A DNA stretch of 64,000 nt, from positions 60,088 through 124,087 of the forward strand of contig JAYNIA010000003.1 of NCBI GenBank assembly GCA_038108555.1, read 5' to 3'. Both the position numbers and the translations under genes were made by a program. Source of the DNA: Nitrospinota bacterium. GTDB taxonomy: Bacteria > Nitrospinota > Nitrospinia > Nitrospinales > VA-1. Under the pieces are notes generated by a model. It did not search any database. It worked only from the letters and a program-made list of their open reading frames with translations, and had not been told where the DNA came from. Shown here one piece after another: positions 37,241 through 47,932 of this stretch (positions are counted from its first letter, which is position 1; each line of letters opens with the position of its first letter).

Positions 37241-39658
37241 ATGCCCGAAACCATTGACCCGATAAGCATTGACGATGAAATGAAAAGCGCTTACCTCGAT
37301 TATGCCATGAGCGTAATTATTGGTCGCGCTTTGCCGGATATCAGGGACGGGCTAAAACCAGTGCATCGCAGGGTTTTATTTGCCATGCATGAGACGGGGA
37401 ATGTTTTTAATAAACCTTATAAGAAATCCGCACGTATTGTGGGTGACGTCATAGGTAAATACCATCCGCACGGTGACCAGGCAGTTTATGACACCATCGT
37501 TCGTTTGGCCCAAGAGTTCTCGCAGCGAAACCCTCTGGTAGATGGCCAGGGAAACTTTGGTTCCATCGATGGCGATTCGGCGGCTGCAATGCGATACACA
37601 GAAATCCGCATGCAGGAAATCACCGGAGAATTATTACGCGATTTGGAAAAAGAAACTGTCCAGTTTGTACCTAACTACGACGAGTCGACCAAAGAGCCTT
37701 CGGTTCTTCCCGCAAGCTTTCCCCAGTTACTGGTTAATGGTTCATCCGGGATTGCGGTTGGAATGGCAACGAACATTCCTCCGCATAATTTGGGAGAAAT
37801 TGTGGATGCCGCAGTTTACCTGATTGATGAACCGGAATGTTCCATTGATGATTTAATTCAAATTGTGAAAGGTCCTGATTTTCCCACAAAGGGAATCATT
37901 CATGGAACCAATGGAATTATTTCTGCCTATAAAACGGGACGGGGAATTATCCGGGTAAGGGGTCGTGCAGAAATTGAAACCATGGAAAAAGGAGATCGGG
38001 AAAGGATTGTAATTAACGAGCTACCTTTCCAGGTAAATAAAGCCCGGTTGGTTGAAAAAATAGCAGAACTGGTCAGGGATAAAAAACTGGAAGGGATCTC
38101 CGACCTTAGAGATGAGTCTGATCGCGAGGGAGTTAGGGTTGTTGTCGAGTTGAAAAAGGGCACGATGGGTCAGGTGGTTTTGAATACGCTTTATAAAAAT
38201 ACTCAACTGCAAGATACGTTCGGGGTAATCCTCCTCGCATTGGTCAACAACCAGCCCAAGGTATTAACTTTAAAAGAATATTTACGCTACTTTATTCTGT
38301 TTCGCAAAGAAGTCGTAACCCTTCGAACAGAATTTGACCTTAGAAAAGCCCGGGAAAAAGAACATATTCTTGAAGGATTGAAAATTGCTCTCGATAATCT
38401 CGATGCGGTTGTAAAACTCATTCGAGACGCTGAAGACCCTGTCTCAGCAAAGGAAGGCCTCATGTCCACTTTTGAGTTGTCGGAAATACAGGCGAAGTCA
38501 ATTTTGGAAATGAGATTGCAAAGGTTAACGGGTTTGGAGCGACAGAAAATTTTAGATGATCTGGAAGATATTCGGAAGAAAATCGAAGAGTACCTTCACA
38601 TCCTCGCGAATGAGGACGTAAAACTAAAAATCATTAAAGAAGAACTCATTGAAATAAAAACCAAATACAGTGACGAGCGAAGAACAGAAATAGTTGAAAC
38701 AGATGAAGGGGATCTGGTTATTGAAGATCTGATTGCCGATGAGGATACTGTGGTGGTTTATACCCGTAGCGGTTATATCAAACGCCATTCCGTCGATAAC
38801 TACCGGGCGCAACGGCGCGGTGGCAAGGGGATTCGTGGTATGGATCTTAAAGAGGAGGATGTTGTTGAAAAACTTTTCATTGCCTCAACTCTCAGTCACA
38901 TGCTTGTTTTTACCAGCATTGGAAAAGTTCATTGGTTAAGGGTTTTCTCAATTCCTGAAGTCAGCCGCACAGCAAAAGGAAAATCCATAGCAAATCTTTT
39001 GAGTTTGCAACCTGGAGAATCGATTGCCAGTATTTTATCGGTTCGAAAATTTGAAGAAGATAAATTTGTGATGGTTGCGACGGAACGTGGAATCGTAAAG
39101 AAAACTTCATTGATGGCCTATAGCAAACCCAGACAAGGAGGGGTCATAGGGTTAACCATTGACGATGGAGACCGGTTGATTGGCGCAGAGCTGTGTGATG
39201 GTGAAAGCGATATTCTATTGGCGACTGAAAAAGGGTTTTCTATTCGATTCTCTGAAAAAGAAGCCCGACCCATTGGTAGAACCGGAAGAGGTGTCAGGGG
39301 CATTCGCTTAAAACCAGATGATCGTGTTGTTGGAGCCGAGATAGTTCACCCGGGTAATATGTTATTGACCGTCACCTCGAATGGATATGGAAAGAGAACC
39401 CAGCTTGAGGAGTACCCGGTTCAGGGCCGGGGCGGCCTTGGGGTCATGACCATTCGTTGCAATGATAAAATTGGAGCGGTTGTGGGTATTCAACAGGTAA
39501 CGGATAACGATCAGCTATTGGTTATCACTTCCGATGGAAATATTGTTCGAATGAAGGTAAATGAAATTTCTGTAATTGGCCGAAACACCCAGGGGGTAAG
39601 GCTTGTAGGAACCGGTGAGTCAAACCGGGTTGTAAGTGTAGAAAAACTGGTTGAGTAA
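37241..39658 (+). CDS. gyrA: DNA gyrase subunit A
   Basis: [12 protein letters not shown] and the active-site AAMRYTE. Beta-pinwheel C-terminal domain. Confidence 0.97.
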   Translation: MPETIDPISIDDEMKSAYLDYAMSVIIGRALPDIRDGLKPVHRRVLFAMHETGNVFNKPYKKSARIVGDVIGKYHPHGDQAVYDTIVRLAQEFSQRNPLVDGQGNFGSIDGDSAAAMRYTEIRMQEITGELLRDLEKETVQFVPNYDESTKEPSVLPASFPQLLVNGSSGIAVGMATNIPPHNLGEIVDAAVYLIDEPECSIDDLIQIVKGPDFPTKGIIHGTNGIISAYKTGRGIIRVRGRAEIETMEKGDRERIVINELPFQVNKARLVEKIAELVRDKKLEGISDLRDESDREGVRVVVELKKGTMGQVVLNTLYKNTQLQDTFGVILLALVNNQPKVLTLKEYLRYFILFRKEVVTLRTEFDLRKAREKEHILEGLKIALDNLDAVVKLIRDAEDPVSAKEGLMSTFELSEIQAKSILEMRLQRLTGLERQKILDDLEDIRKKIEEYLHILANEDVKLKIIKEELIEIKTKYSDERRTEIVETDEGDLVIEDLIADEDTVVVYTRSGYIKRHSVDNYRAQRRGGKGIRGMDLKEEDVVEKLFIASTLSHMLVFTSIGKVHWLRVFSIPEVSRTAKGKSIANLLSLQPGESIASILSVRKFEEDKFVMVATERGIVKKTSLMAYSKPRQGGVIGLTIDDGDRLIGAELCDGESDILLATEKGFSIRFSEKEARPIGRTGRGVRGIRLKPDDRVVGAEIVHPGNMLLTVTSNGYGKRTQLEEYPVQGRGGLGVMTIRCNDKIGAVVGIQQVTDNDQLLVITSDGNIVRMKVNEISVIGRNTQGVRLVGTGESNRVVSVEKLVE

Positions 39659-39686
39659 ATTAAACGGAAATTTCGCTTTCTGAAAT

Positions 39687-40487
39687 ATGAATAAAAAAGT
39701 TTCTCCCGCCTCATCTTTGGCCATTTTTTTTTCTGCCCTGTTTTTTCTCGTTTCCTGCGGCGAACAAAGTGATCCTTTAATAAATAAAGCCAATGAAGAA
39801 TGGATTCAGGGGCATAATCATAGTGCCCTTGAGTTGCTGAACGAAGTTTTAAAAAAAAATCCTTCCGGTCCTAAAGCAGAAGAAGCCCTTTTCAGGATGG
39901 GAGAGATCCATCATTTCAGTTTGAACAACAGCACACGGGCTTTGGTTTTTTTCCAGGAGGTTCGGCAAATGAATCCCCAGGGGCCTTTTGGATTTAAAGC
40001 TCAAAAATATATCGCAGAAATAGCGGAGTTTGGATTAAAGGATTACGACCAGGCCATTATTGAATATCAAAACCTGATTAATTTTTATAAGAATGAGCCT
40101 TCCAATGGGGATCACCAGTACCGTATTGCTTCGATTTATTATAAAAAACAAAATTACGAACAGGCTCTGGTAGAACTACAAATTCTTTTGGAGAATTATC
40201 CCGACAGTCCCTGGGCCGAGGAAACAAAATTTAAAATTATTGAAATTCTTTATGCGCTAAACCGCTGCCCTGAAGCCAGAGAACAATACCGGCATTTCAA
40301 TTTGGAATACTCAGAAAGCCGCTTTAAATCAGAAATGGATTTTGTGGTCGCATCTTGCCTTGAAGAAGAAGGCCATCTTCAAGATGCATACAACCGGTTT
40401 AAGGCATTAGAGGGGCAATATACTTATCCCGCAATATTGAAAATGAAACTGGTAGGAATAGAAAAAAGGATTGAAAAGAAAAGATAA
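39687..40487 (+). CDS. TPR-repeat lipoprotein (BamD/YbgF-like)
   Basis: Signal peptide with lipobox LVSC, and several TPR-like repeats. The stop overlaps the serS ATG. Confidence 0.6.
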   Translation: MNKKVSPASSLAIFFSALFFLVSCGEQSDPLINKANEEWIQGHNHSALELLNEVLKKNPSGPKAEEALFRMGEIHHFSLNNSTRALVFFQEVRQMNPQGPFGFKAQKYIAEIAEFGLKDYDQAIIEYQNLINFYKNEPSNGDHQYRIASIYYKKQNYEQALVELQILLENYPDSPWAEETKFKIIEILYALNRCPEAREQYRHFNLEYSESRFKSEMDFVVASCLEEEGHLQDAYNRFKALEGQYTYPAILKMKLVGIEKRIEKKR

Positions 40488-41758
40488 TGCTAGATATTAA
40501 ATTTATCCGGGAAAACCTTGAAACCGTAAAGAAAGGTCTTGAACGCCGAAATGGGACCCGACCTGACCTAGAGTCTTTGTTAAACCAGGAGGATGAAAGG
40601 CGACAGGGACTTCAGGAGTCTGAGCAATTAAAAAATAAAAAGAAGAAACTTTCTGCTGAAGTTGGAAGGCTCAAACAGCAGGGAGAAGATGCCTCCCAAC
40701 AAATGGAAGAAGTGAAAAACCTGAATGTATCTATCAAAGAATTAGATGACAAGGTTGAAGAGCTGGCATCTTCTATCCACGAAAAACTTTTGGGGATTCC
40801 CAATCTGCCTGATAAAAGTATTCCTGATGGTCAAGATGAGTCTGGCAACCGGTTTATTCGTGATTGGGGAAGCAAACCAGAAATAACCAAACCTCTCAAT
40901 CATGTTGAAATTGGTGAAAAGCTTGGACTCTTGGATATGAAACGGGCTGCAAAAATTTCCGGCGCCAGGTTTGCAGTTTACCGTGGGGGAGGAGCGGCTT
41001 TGCTGAGGGGATTGATCAACTTTATGGTGGATGTCCAGACTCAGGAGAATGGATATGAGGAACTCTACCCTCCCTTCCTGGTCAATGAAGAGAGTCTGCT
41101 TGGTACAGGCCAATTACCCAAGTTCGGTGAAGAACTATTTACCATGAGGGATGATCCTCTTTTTCTGATTCCGACAGCGGAGGTTCCTGTTACAAACTTC
41201 CACAGATCAGAAATTTTGGAAGAAGAAGCATTACCCATTTGTTATACCGCTTATACTCCCTGTTTCCGGAGAGAAGCAGGGTCTTATGGAAAAGATACTC
41301 AGGGTTTAATCCGGCAACACCAGTTTGACAAAGTGGAACTGGTGAAATTTTGTAAAGCCAGTGAATCTGGACAGGAATTGGAAAAACTTTTGGTGGACGC
41401 GGAATCGATATTAAAGAAATTGGATTTACACTATCGGGTCATGGAATTATGTGTTGGAGATCTGGGGTTTTCTTCAACGAAAACCTATGACCTTGAGGTA
41501 TGGCTACCCAGTCAAAATACATATAGAGAAATATCATCATGCAGTAACTTTACAGATTATCAGGCACGTCGGGCAAAGATTCGTTGTAAAAAGAAAACCG
41601 GGGGAAAACCGGAATTCGTCCATACTTTGAATGGATCGGGCCTCGCAGCGGGTCGGCTGTTTGTGGCCATTCTGGAAAATTACCAAAATGAAGATGGAAC
41701 AGTTACGGTTCCAGAAGCGATTCGGCCCTATTTAAAAGGACGCGAGGTTTTATCGTAA
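40487..41758 (+). CDS. serS: seryl-tRNA synthetase
   Basis: N-terminal coiled-coil arm plus class II motifs (FRREAGSYGKDTQGLIRQHQF, GSGLAAGRLFVAILENYQ). Confidence 0.97.
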   Translation: MLDIKFIRENLETVKKGLERRNGTRPDLESLLNQEDERRQGLQESEQLKNKKKKLSAEVGRLKQQGEDASQQMEEVKNLNVSIKELDDKVEELASSIHEKLLGIPNLPDKSIPDGQDESGNRFIRDWGSKPEITKPLNHVEIGEKLGLLDMKRAAKISGARFAVYRGGGAALLRGLINFMVDVQTQENGYEELYPPFLVNEESLLGTGQLPKFGEELFTMRDDPLFLIPTAEVPVTNFHRSEILEEEALPICYTAYTPCFRREAGSYGKDTQGLIRQHQFDKVELVKFCKASESGQELEKLLVDAESILKKLDLHYRVMELCVGDLGFSSTKTYDLEVWLPSQNTYREISSCSNFTDYQARRAKIRCKKKTGGKPEFVHTLNGSGLAAGRLFVAILENYQNEDGTVTVPEAIRPYLKGREVLS

Positions 41759-41861
41759 AAATTAAGGGGTTATCATTGATTTTAAAAGGCTAACCGGGGA
41801 AAACAGTTCCCTTGACTTTTGACTTCAAGTAGATAAATATAAGCCCTGTCCGATACATTCA

Positions 41862-41947
41862 GGAGGGATGGCCGAGTGGTTTAAGGCGGCGGTCTTGAAA
41901 ACCGTTGAACGAAAGTTCCGTGGGTTCGAATCCTACTCCCTCCGCCA
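41862..41947 (+). tRNA. tRNA-Ser (anticodon UGA), CCA encoded
   Basis: Manual cloverleaf. Acceptor GGAGGGA/TCCCTCC, anticodon loop CTTGAAA, long variable arm GAAC-gaaa-GTTC, T-loop TTCGAAT. Confidence 0.9.
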
Positions 41948-42002
41948 TCAGGCTATACCTGAAGGTAGAATTTCCGGACCTAGAAAATAAATTTAATGAT
42001 TA

Positions 42003-42094
<92 letters not shown>

Positions 42095-42145
42095 CCCTAT
42101 GGGGGCTTTGGGGTTACAAACAAAAAAATAAAAAGGCCAAACCCA

Positions 42146-42748
42146 ATGAAAGCTAAAAATTTATTCAAAGCATTTTTCTTTATAGCTGCGGGTCTGCTGA
42201 TAAGTTGTTCAGGAAGTGGTGATGACGATACACCCCCTCCACAAGCTAAAAGGATCAGCGAGGTTAATGTTCCCAAGTTTGAAGGGTCAAGATCGAAACC
42301 GGTTCAAGCGGTTGCTGAAAATATGCCTTCTACCAATCCCGAAGAGGTTCATCCCGGCGTAAAAGAAGGAGTCAAAATCGATCGTGGGATTGTGGTTCCC
42401 AAGGATGTCGAAGGCCAATGGAAAGCTGTAAAACTAATGGTTCGAAACAAGGTGGATGAATCCAGAAATTCCATGAAAACGGCTTCCCTGGGTAGCAGTT
42501 TTCAGTTGGAAGGATCGGATATTAAAGTGACTGTTGGTCCTTTTATGCCGAACTTTGTAATGACCCAAACTAATTACACTTCCAAGGGAAACGAATTGAC
42601 CAACCCTGCGGTCCGGTTGGTAGTTGAAGAAAAAGGTAAAACATTATATGAAGGATGGGCATTTTCCAAATACCCGACAATGTACGCTTTTGAACATGAC
42701 GAGTTTGCATTGCAGTTAATGGATTATATCCCTGCCGATGTTTCCTGA
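42146..42748 (+). CDS. lipoprotein of unknown function (200 aa)
   Basis: Signal peptide plus lipobox LISC, then a Gly/Asp/Pro linker. Confidence 0.6.
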   Translation: MKAKNLFKAFFFIAAGLLISCSGSGDDDTPPPQAKRISEVNVPKFEGSRSKPVQAVAENMPSTNPEEVHPGVKEGVKIDRGIVVPKDVEGQWKAVKLMVRNKVDESRNSMKTASLGSSFQLEGSDIKVTVGPFMPNFVMTQTNYTSKGNELTNPAVRLVVEEKGKTLYEGWAFSKYPTMYAFEHDEFALQLMDYIPADVS

Positions 42749-42770
42749 TATAATGTAAAGAAAAAAACAG

Positions 42771-42844
42771 GCGCCCATGGCTCAGCTGGATAGAGCGACG
42801 GTTTGCGGTACCGTAGGTCGGAGGTTCGAGTCCTCCTGGGCGCG
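42771..42844 (+). tRNA. tRNA-Arg with anticodon GCG (no CCA encoded)
   Basis: Acceptor GCGCCCA/TGGGCGC. D-loop AGCTGGATA (A20) as in E. coli tRNA-Arg(ACG). Perfect anticodon stem ACGGT/ACCGT, loop TT-GCG-GT, T-arm GGAGG-TTCGAGT-CCTCC. Confidence 0.8.
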
Positions 42845-42997
42845 CTCTTTTTTACTTGGTTTCATAATCCCCTATTTAATTCAATTTGTTGGAGTTAGGG
42901 TTTTTAATCGGGTATTTTTAGCGGAAAAAAAGGACTCTTTTTTGAATAAAACTAATCTTGCTGTTATCTTCAATATAAAGGAAAACTCTAAGAGGAA

Positions 42998-43366
42998 ATG
43001 ACCATGGATATAGTTAAAGATTTCATGTCCACCCCTGTCCTAAGTGTTGATGTCAATGCTCCGGTAGAAGAAGCAGCAAAGATAATGCAGGAAAAAAGTG
43101 TGAGTTGCCTTTTGGTCAAGGAAAATGAGGACCACATCGGTCTCATTACAACAACCGATCTGGTTAAAAAAGTTATGGCTAAAGGATTGGATGCCAAAGC
43201 CACAAAATGTAATGACGTTATGTCAAAGCCGGTTCTTTCTATAAACCATTACCTTACCCGAAGTGATGCCAATTTGATGATGCAGAGAAACCAAATTAAG
43301 CATCTTGCAGTTACAGATCAAAAAACGGTGATTGGAATATTAACTCCCAAAGATATGATTGCCTAA
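42998..43366 (+). CDS. CBS-domain pair protein
   Basis: 122 aa. Two CBS motifs (VKDFMSTPVLSV..., DVMSKPVLSI...HLAVTD). Confidence 0.8.
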   Translation: MTMDIVKDFMSTPVLSVDVNAPVEEAAKIMQEKSVSCLLVKENEDHIGLITTTDLVKKVMAKGLDAKATKCNDVMSKPVLSINHYLTRSDANLMMQRNQIKHLAVTDQKTVIGILTPKDMIA

Positions 43367-43520
43367 AGATACTGGAAGTATTGGCGACATAACGATTGAA
43401 TATTCGTTTCGATAAAATTAAAATATTCCCTTATCTGCGGTTGGGTCGGGCAAAACGTCTTGGGTCAGAAAAAAAGACGTGGTCTCGGCCTTTTTTTATT
43501 AAAATGCATTAGCACCTGAG

Positions 43521-43610
<90 letters not shown>

Positions 43611-43691
43611 CTATTAGCAGAGGGCAGTTTGCAAAAAGTGAGAGCAGTAACATCAAGTTAATACGAGATGTTTTTGTTTTAAAAAATAATC

Positions 43692-43705
43692 CCCTCGCAA
43701 GAGGG
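43692..43705. repeat. CCCTC-gcaa-GAGGG hairpin (REP-like family)
   Basis: Same 14-nt hairpin architecture as 4863-4876 and 4945-4958. Confidence 0.45.
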
Positions 43706-43722
43706 TAAAAATATTGGCAGTT

Positions 43723-43819
43723 TTGTTGGGCCCCACGCAACATGGCTTTGTGAAACCCGTCAGGTCCGGAAGGAAGCAGCGGTAACAAAATCCCTTGTGT
43801 GCTGTGGGATCCCCAGCAA
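43723..43819 (+). ncRNA. ffs: signal recognition particle RNA (4.5S type)
   Basis: Conserved domain IV core GTCAGGTCCGGAAGGAAGCAGC. The 5' TTGTTGGGCCCCACGCAACA pairs with the 3' TGTGTGCTGTGGGATCCCCAGCAA. Classical ffs-dnaX-ybaB-recR synteny. Ends are approximate. Confidence 0.8.
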
Positions 43820-43860
43820 TTCTGCCTTTCCCCTTCGTTTTATTTATAAGGTTCATCCTT

Positions 43861-45444
43861 ATGGACTTCCAGGTATCCGCGCGTAAATGGCGTCCGCAAA
43901 AATTCAGTGAGCTGATTGGTCAGGAACATATCGTCCGAACTCTTTCCAATGCCATCGAACTTGAGCGTGTTTCCCACGCTTTTTTATTTTCAGGAACTCG
44001 CGGGGTAGGAAAAACGACAACCGCGCGAATCCTCGCACGGGTTTTGAATTGTGAGAAGGGGCCTACCATAGACCCTTGCGGTGTCTGTTCCTTTTGTACA
44101 GAAATAACCGATGGAAATTGCGTTGATGTCCAGGAAATAGATGGAGCTTCCAACAATGGAGTTCAGGAGGTTCGTGATCTCATTGACAACGTGCAATATG
44201 CCACTTCCGCTGCCCGGTACAAGGTATACATCATTGATGAGGTTCATATGCTTTCGAAAAGTGCTTTCAATGCATTATTGAAAACACTTGAAGAGCCCCC
44301 GGCTAAAGTCATTTTCATATTTGCAACAACCGAACTGATAAAAATTCCAGAAACGATCCTTTCCCGGTGTCAATGTTTCGAGTTCAAACCCCTGTCTCAA
44401 TCGCAAATCACCAAACAATTGCAGTTGATTTGTGATCAGGAAAAAATAGAAATCGAGAAAAGGGGACTTGAAGATATATCCAAAATCGGCGCAGGAAGTA
44501 TGCGCGATGCCCAGAGTCTGTTAGACCAGGTTATAGCCTATAGTGGACGAAAGGTGGATACGGAATCCGTAGAAGCCGTATTGGGAATTGTGGGAGGGAA
44601 TACCCTTGAAACTTTTGTTGACCGACTAATAGAACGGGAACCGTCAGCACTGGTAACACTGATTCAGGAAATTGTGAAACAGGGAAAAGACCTGGGATTG
44701 TTCTGCAGAAGCCTGATGGAATATCTAAGGAATCTTTTGATCGTAAAAATTTCCAACCAGCCGGAAGCCCTATTGAACACGCAAACCTATAGTTTGGAAA
44801 AATTAAAAGAACAGGCAGAAAAGCTTCATGCAGATGAATTGCAGGTCATGTTTTCGGTTCTTTCAAAAACTGAAATGGATATGAAAAGAAGTTCCCTGTC
44901 ACAAATGGTTTTTGAAATGGCTTTGTTACGGTTGATTGAAACACGACCTTTTAAAAAAATAGACGAACTTATTAATACTATCAACCAGGCAGAAAGCGCT
45001 TTTGTTCCGCCTGCTCAAAGTCCATCAGCGGAAAACATATCTAACAATGCCCCAGTTCCGACACAGGTGGTTGAAAATGCCCCGGTTTCGTGGGATCAAT
45101 TCAAACAACAGGTTGCTCGCACCAAACCCTTTTTCGAACATTATCTTGAAAAATGCCAAGTGAAAGTTTTTAACGATAAAGAACTTCATCTAACGTTTTC
45201 AGATAATTTTACTTTTGATCTGGTAGAAACACCCGAAAATATTCAGTATCTGAAAGAAATTGCAAAAACCGTTTGTGGCCATGATTTGGATATAAAGTTA
45301 ACCCTCGATGCAACCTCTTCGGAACCTGTTGCGCCGACCGAAGAAAAAAAAAAGCCTTTAGAGTCTGATGGGGGACAACAGAAATCTGAATCGGAAATTA
45401 TTCAGGACGCACTGGACATTTTTGGTGGGATTGTGATCAAATAA
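43861..45444 (+). CDS. dnaX: DNA polymerase III subunit gamma/tau
   Basis: Start trimmed to MDFQVSARKWRPQKF, because the longer ORF overlaps the SRP RNA. Walker A GTRGVGKTTTARILA. Confidence 0.93.
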   Translation: MDFQVSARKWRPQKFSELIGQEHIVRTLSNAIELERVSHAFLFSGTRGVGKTTTARILARVLNCEKGPTIDPCGVCSFCTEITDGNCVDVQEIDGASNNGVQEVRDLIDNVQYATSAARYKVYIIDEVHMLSKSAFNALLKTLEEPPAKVIFIFATTELIKIPETILSRCQCFEFKPLSQSQITKQLQLICDQEKIEIEKRGLEDISKIGAGSMRDAQSLLDQVIAYSGRKVDTESVEAVLGIVGGNTLETFVDRLIEREPSALVTLIQEIVKQGKDLGLFCRSLMEYLRNLLIVKISNQPEALLNTQTYSLEKLKEQAEKLHADELQVMFSVLSKTEMDMKRSSLSQMVFEMALLRLIETRPFKKIDELINTINQAESAFVPPAQSPSAENISNNAPVPTQVVENAPVSWDQFKQQVARTKPFFEHYLEKCQVKVFNDKELHLTFSDNFTFDLVETPENIQYLKEIAKTVCGHDLDIKLTLDATSSEPVAPTEEKKKPLESDGGQQKSESEIIQDALDIFGGIVIK

Positions 45445-45491
45445 AAATTATTACCTTAACGAGGAAAGTGCCCAGAGGCATTTAATCCATT

Positions 45492-45818
45492 ATGTTTGAT
45501 AAAGGTTGGACGGGATTATTTAAACAAGCTACGGAAATGCAATCCAAACTGGCTGAAATTCAGGAAGGGTTGGCAGAGAAGACCGTTGAAGTGAGTACCG
45601 GCGGGGGAATGGTAAAGGTGGTGGCGAACGGCCTTAATGAAATAATTTCTATTAAAATAGATGATGAACTGATTAACATGAACGACCGTGAAGTCCTCGA
45701 AGACTTGATGGCTGCCGCAATAAACGAAGTCAGTAAAAAAGTAAAAGAATTGGCCCAAGAGGAGATGACAAAAATTACCGGAGGCCTAAAAATCCCCGGC
45801 CTCTTCCCACCAACTTGA
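45492..45818 (+). CDS. ybaB: nucleoid-associated protein YbaB/EbfC
   Basis: 108 aa. LFKQATEMQSKLAEIQEGL...GGGMVKVVANG pattern. Confidence 0.9.
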   Translation: MFDKGWTGLFKQATEMQSKLAEIQEGLAEKTVEVSTGGGMVKVVANGLNEIISIKIDDELINMNDREVLEDLMAAAINEVSKKVKELAQEEMTKITGGLKIPGLFPPT

Positions 45819-45905
45819 TAAGAAAAACCAGAATTTTTCTGATAAAGGGGCAACACTTTTGTTTCAATTTAACAAGCTTCGACCAAATACCAACGGAGGT
45901 ACTCC

Positions 45906-46505
45906 GTGAAGAGGCCGCCGGCGGTTATAGAGTTGATTGATGAGTTAAAAAAGCTTCCAGGTATTGGACAAAAAACAGCCGAACGTCTTTCTTTTTATTT
46001 GATGCGCGGCAAAGCCGATCAGGCCAACAAGCTTGCAAATGCCATCCAGAATATTAAAGAAAAAATAATTCTTTGTTCTTCCTGTTATGGAATAACCGAA
46101 GCAGACCCTTGTCCCATTTGTTCGGACACCTCACGCGACCAAAAACAAATCTGCGTAGTTGAAGAACCCCATGATGTTTATGTTATGGAGAACATGGGAT
46201 ATTTCAAAGGTGTGTACCATGTTTTGATGGGGGTTATCTCACCTTTGGATGGGATCGGTCCAGACGATTTGAATATTGAGCCTTTGAAAGAAAAAGTTGG
46301 CAAACAAGGAATTCGGGAGGTGATTCTTGCGACCAACCCGGATATGGAAGGAGAATCCACCGCAGTTTTTATATCCAAAGTTCTGAAGCCCCTTAATGTG
46401 AAAGTCACCCGCATTGCCAGGGGTTTGCCGGTGGGATCGGATATTGAATACGCCGATTCTGTTACCCTGCTGAAGTCTTTGGAAGGTCGTATGGAAATGG
46501 GCTAG
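45906..46505 (+). CDS. recR: recombination protein RecR
   Basis: HhH LPGIGQKTAERL, zinc finger CSSCYGITEADPCPIC, and a Toprim domain. GTG start. Confidence 0.95.
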   Translation: MKRPPAVIELIDELKKLPGIGQKTAERLSFYLMRGKADQANKLANAIQNIKEKIILCSSCYGITEADPCPICSDTSRDQKQICVVEEPHDVYVMENMGYFKGVYHVLMGVISPLDGIGPDDLNIEPLKEKVGKQGIREVILATNPDMEGESTAVFISKVLKPLNVKVTRIARGLPVGSDIEYADSVTLLKSLEGRMEMG

Positions 46506-46542
46506 CACACTAGGCGTGGGGCCAATAGGTCAGGACATATAT

Positions 46543-46580
46543 GGCCAACCATGTGGTTGGGCCTTTTACTATTGTTTTGC
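46543..46580 (+). terminator. probable intrinsic terminator after recR
   Basis: GGCCAACC-atgt-GGTTGGGCC (one bulge), followed by TTTTACTATTGTTTT. Confidence 0.45.
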
Positions 46581-46682
46581 TTATATTTTTTCCTACGTAG
46601 TGGGAAAAATATTTTAATTGCTATTGACATTTAGGTAAAACTGGACTATTTTTCAATGTTTTAAGCTTTCAATCGACTCCAT

Positions 46683-46757
46683 TCCGGTGTGGCGCAATGG
46701 TAGCGCAATCGGCTGTTAACCGATGTGTTACAGGTTCGAGTCCTGTCACCGGAGCCA
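46683..46757 (+). tRNA. tRNA-Asn (anticodon GUU), CCA encoded
   Basis: Acceptor TCCGGTG/CACCGGA, anticodon loop CTGTTAA, T-loop TTCGAGT. Confidence 0.9.
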
Positions 46758-46794
46758 TTTATATACCGTCATTAAAGACGGAACGCAAAATTGA

Positions 46795-46829
46795 AACCCT
46801 GCCAGACTCCGGCAGGGTTTTGTTTTTTT
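46795..46829 (+). terminator. intrinsic terminator after tRNA-Asn
   Basis: 9-bp stem AACCCTGCC/GGCAGGGTT, 7-nt loop, then TTGTTTTTTT. Confidence 0.8.
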
Positions 46830-46909
46830 GGAAACAGGTTGCATTGCTAAAAATGATTGGTTATTCTCTCTCAAGTGAGAAAAAACCTTTTTCAACAATA
46901 AGATACGAC

Positions 46910-47881
46910 ATGATTAACCGTCCCAGAAGAAATCGACTGACCGCAGGAATTCGCGGATTGGTGCAGGAAACAACGATCCAGCCCCGGAACCTGGTCTGGC
47001 CGACTTTTGTACAAGAGGGTACGAACCAAAGAACGGCCATTGGTTCCATGCCGGGGGTCGCCCGACTTTCTATCGACCAGTTGGTGGCCGACTCAAAAAA
47101 GGCTTTCGAGCTGGGAATTCCGGCTGTCGCACTTTTTCCGGCCATTGATGATTCCCTGAAAAATTCTGAAGGTAAGGAAAGTTTAAATCCTGATGGATTA
47201 CTCCAACGGGCGATCAAGGAATTAAAAAACCAAATCCCTGAGATGGTGGTTATTACTGATGTTGCTTTGGACCCCTATTCCAGTGACGGCCATGACGGTC
47301 TCGTAAGGGATGGACAAATACTCAATGATGAAACGCTACCGCTGCTTGCAGGCATGGCCGTGGCTCAGGCACAGGCCGGCGCAGATGTCGTTGCTCCCTC
47401 CGATATGATGGATGGTCGGGTGGAAGCAATTCGACTGGCACTCGATGAAGCAGGATTCGAAAATGTTTTGATCTGCAGTTATTGCGCGAAGTACGCGTCA
47501 TCCTTTTATGGGCCCTTTCGTGATGCTTTGGAATCGGCACCGAAAGAAGGAGACAAGAAAACCTATCAGATGGACCCGGCCAATGTCCGTGAGGCCATCC
47601 GTGAAATACATGCCGATGAGGAGGAAGGAGCGGACTGGCTATTGATCAAGCCTGGCTTGCCTTATCTGGATGTGATACGTTTGACGCGCGAACACTCGGA
47701 GTTGCCCATTGCCGCTTATCATGTCAGTGGAGAGTATGCGATGCTGAAAGCCGCCGCTGAAAAAGGTTGGCTCGATTATGAGAACTGCCTGATGGAAGCT
47801 CTTTTGAGTATGAGACGGGCAGGAGCCGACATGATCTTCACGTATGGGGCCATTGAAGCCGCCAAACTCATGCATCGATAA
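46910..47881 (+). CDS. hemB: porphobilinogen synthase (delta-aminolevulinate dehydratase)
   Basis: MINRPRRNR...VWPTFVQEG N-terminus, DVALDPYSSDGHDG, active-site region SYCAKYASSFYGPFRDA. An alternative start at 46853 is possible. The track ORF from 46697 overlaps tRNA-Asn. Confidence 0.9.
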   Translation: MINRPRRNRLTAGIRGLVQETTIQPRNLVWPTFVQEGTNQRTAIGSMPGVARLSIDQLVADSKKAFELGIPAVALFPAIDDSLKNSEGKESLNPDGLLQRAIKELKNQIPEMVVITDVALDPYSSDGHDGLVRDGQILNDETLPLLAGMAVAQAQAGADVVAPSDMMDGRVEAIRLALDEAGFENVLICSYCAKYASSFYGPFRDALESAPKEGDKKTYQMDPANVREAIREIHADEEEGADWLLIKPGLPYLDVIRLTREHSELPIAAYHVSGEYAMLKAAAEKGWLDYENCLMEALLSMRRAGADMIFTYGAIEAAKLMHR

Positions 47882-47932
47882 CAATATTAAAGTTCCATCC
47901 CGTTTTTTCCAACTCTCACCTTAAAGGCCGCC

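Noticed and set aside
42777-43001. 74-aa ORF starting inside tRNA-Arg
   Set aside because: It overlaps a clean tRNA cloverleaf and the following intergenic DNA. It is spurious.
43795-43860. N-terminal extension of the dnaX ORF (MCAVGSPAILPF...)
   Set aside because: It overlaps the 3' half of the SRP RNA. The conserved DnaX N-terminus begins at MDFQVSARKWRP (43861).
45344-45353. A10 run in dnaX as a possible gamma/tau frameshift or transcriptional slippage site
   Set aside because: It lies only about 30 codons before the natural stop, far downstream of where gamma is truncated in known systems. The resulting products would be almost identical.
46697-46909. N-terminal extension of the hemB ORF
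   Set aside because: It runs through tRNA-Asn and its intrinsic terminator. The conserved HemB start (RPRRNR) follows the Met at 46910. The Met at 46853 remains an alternative.
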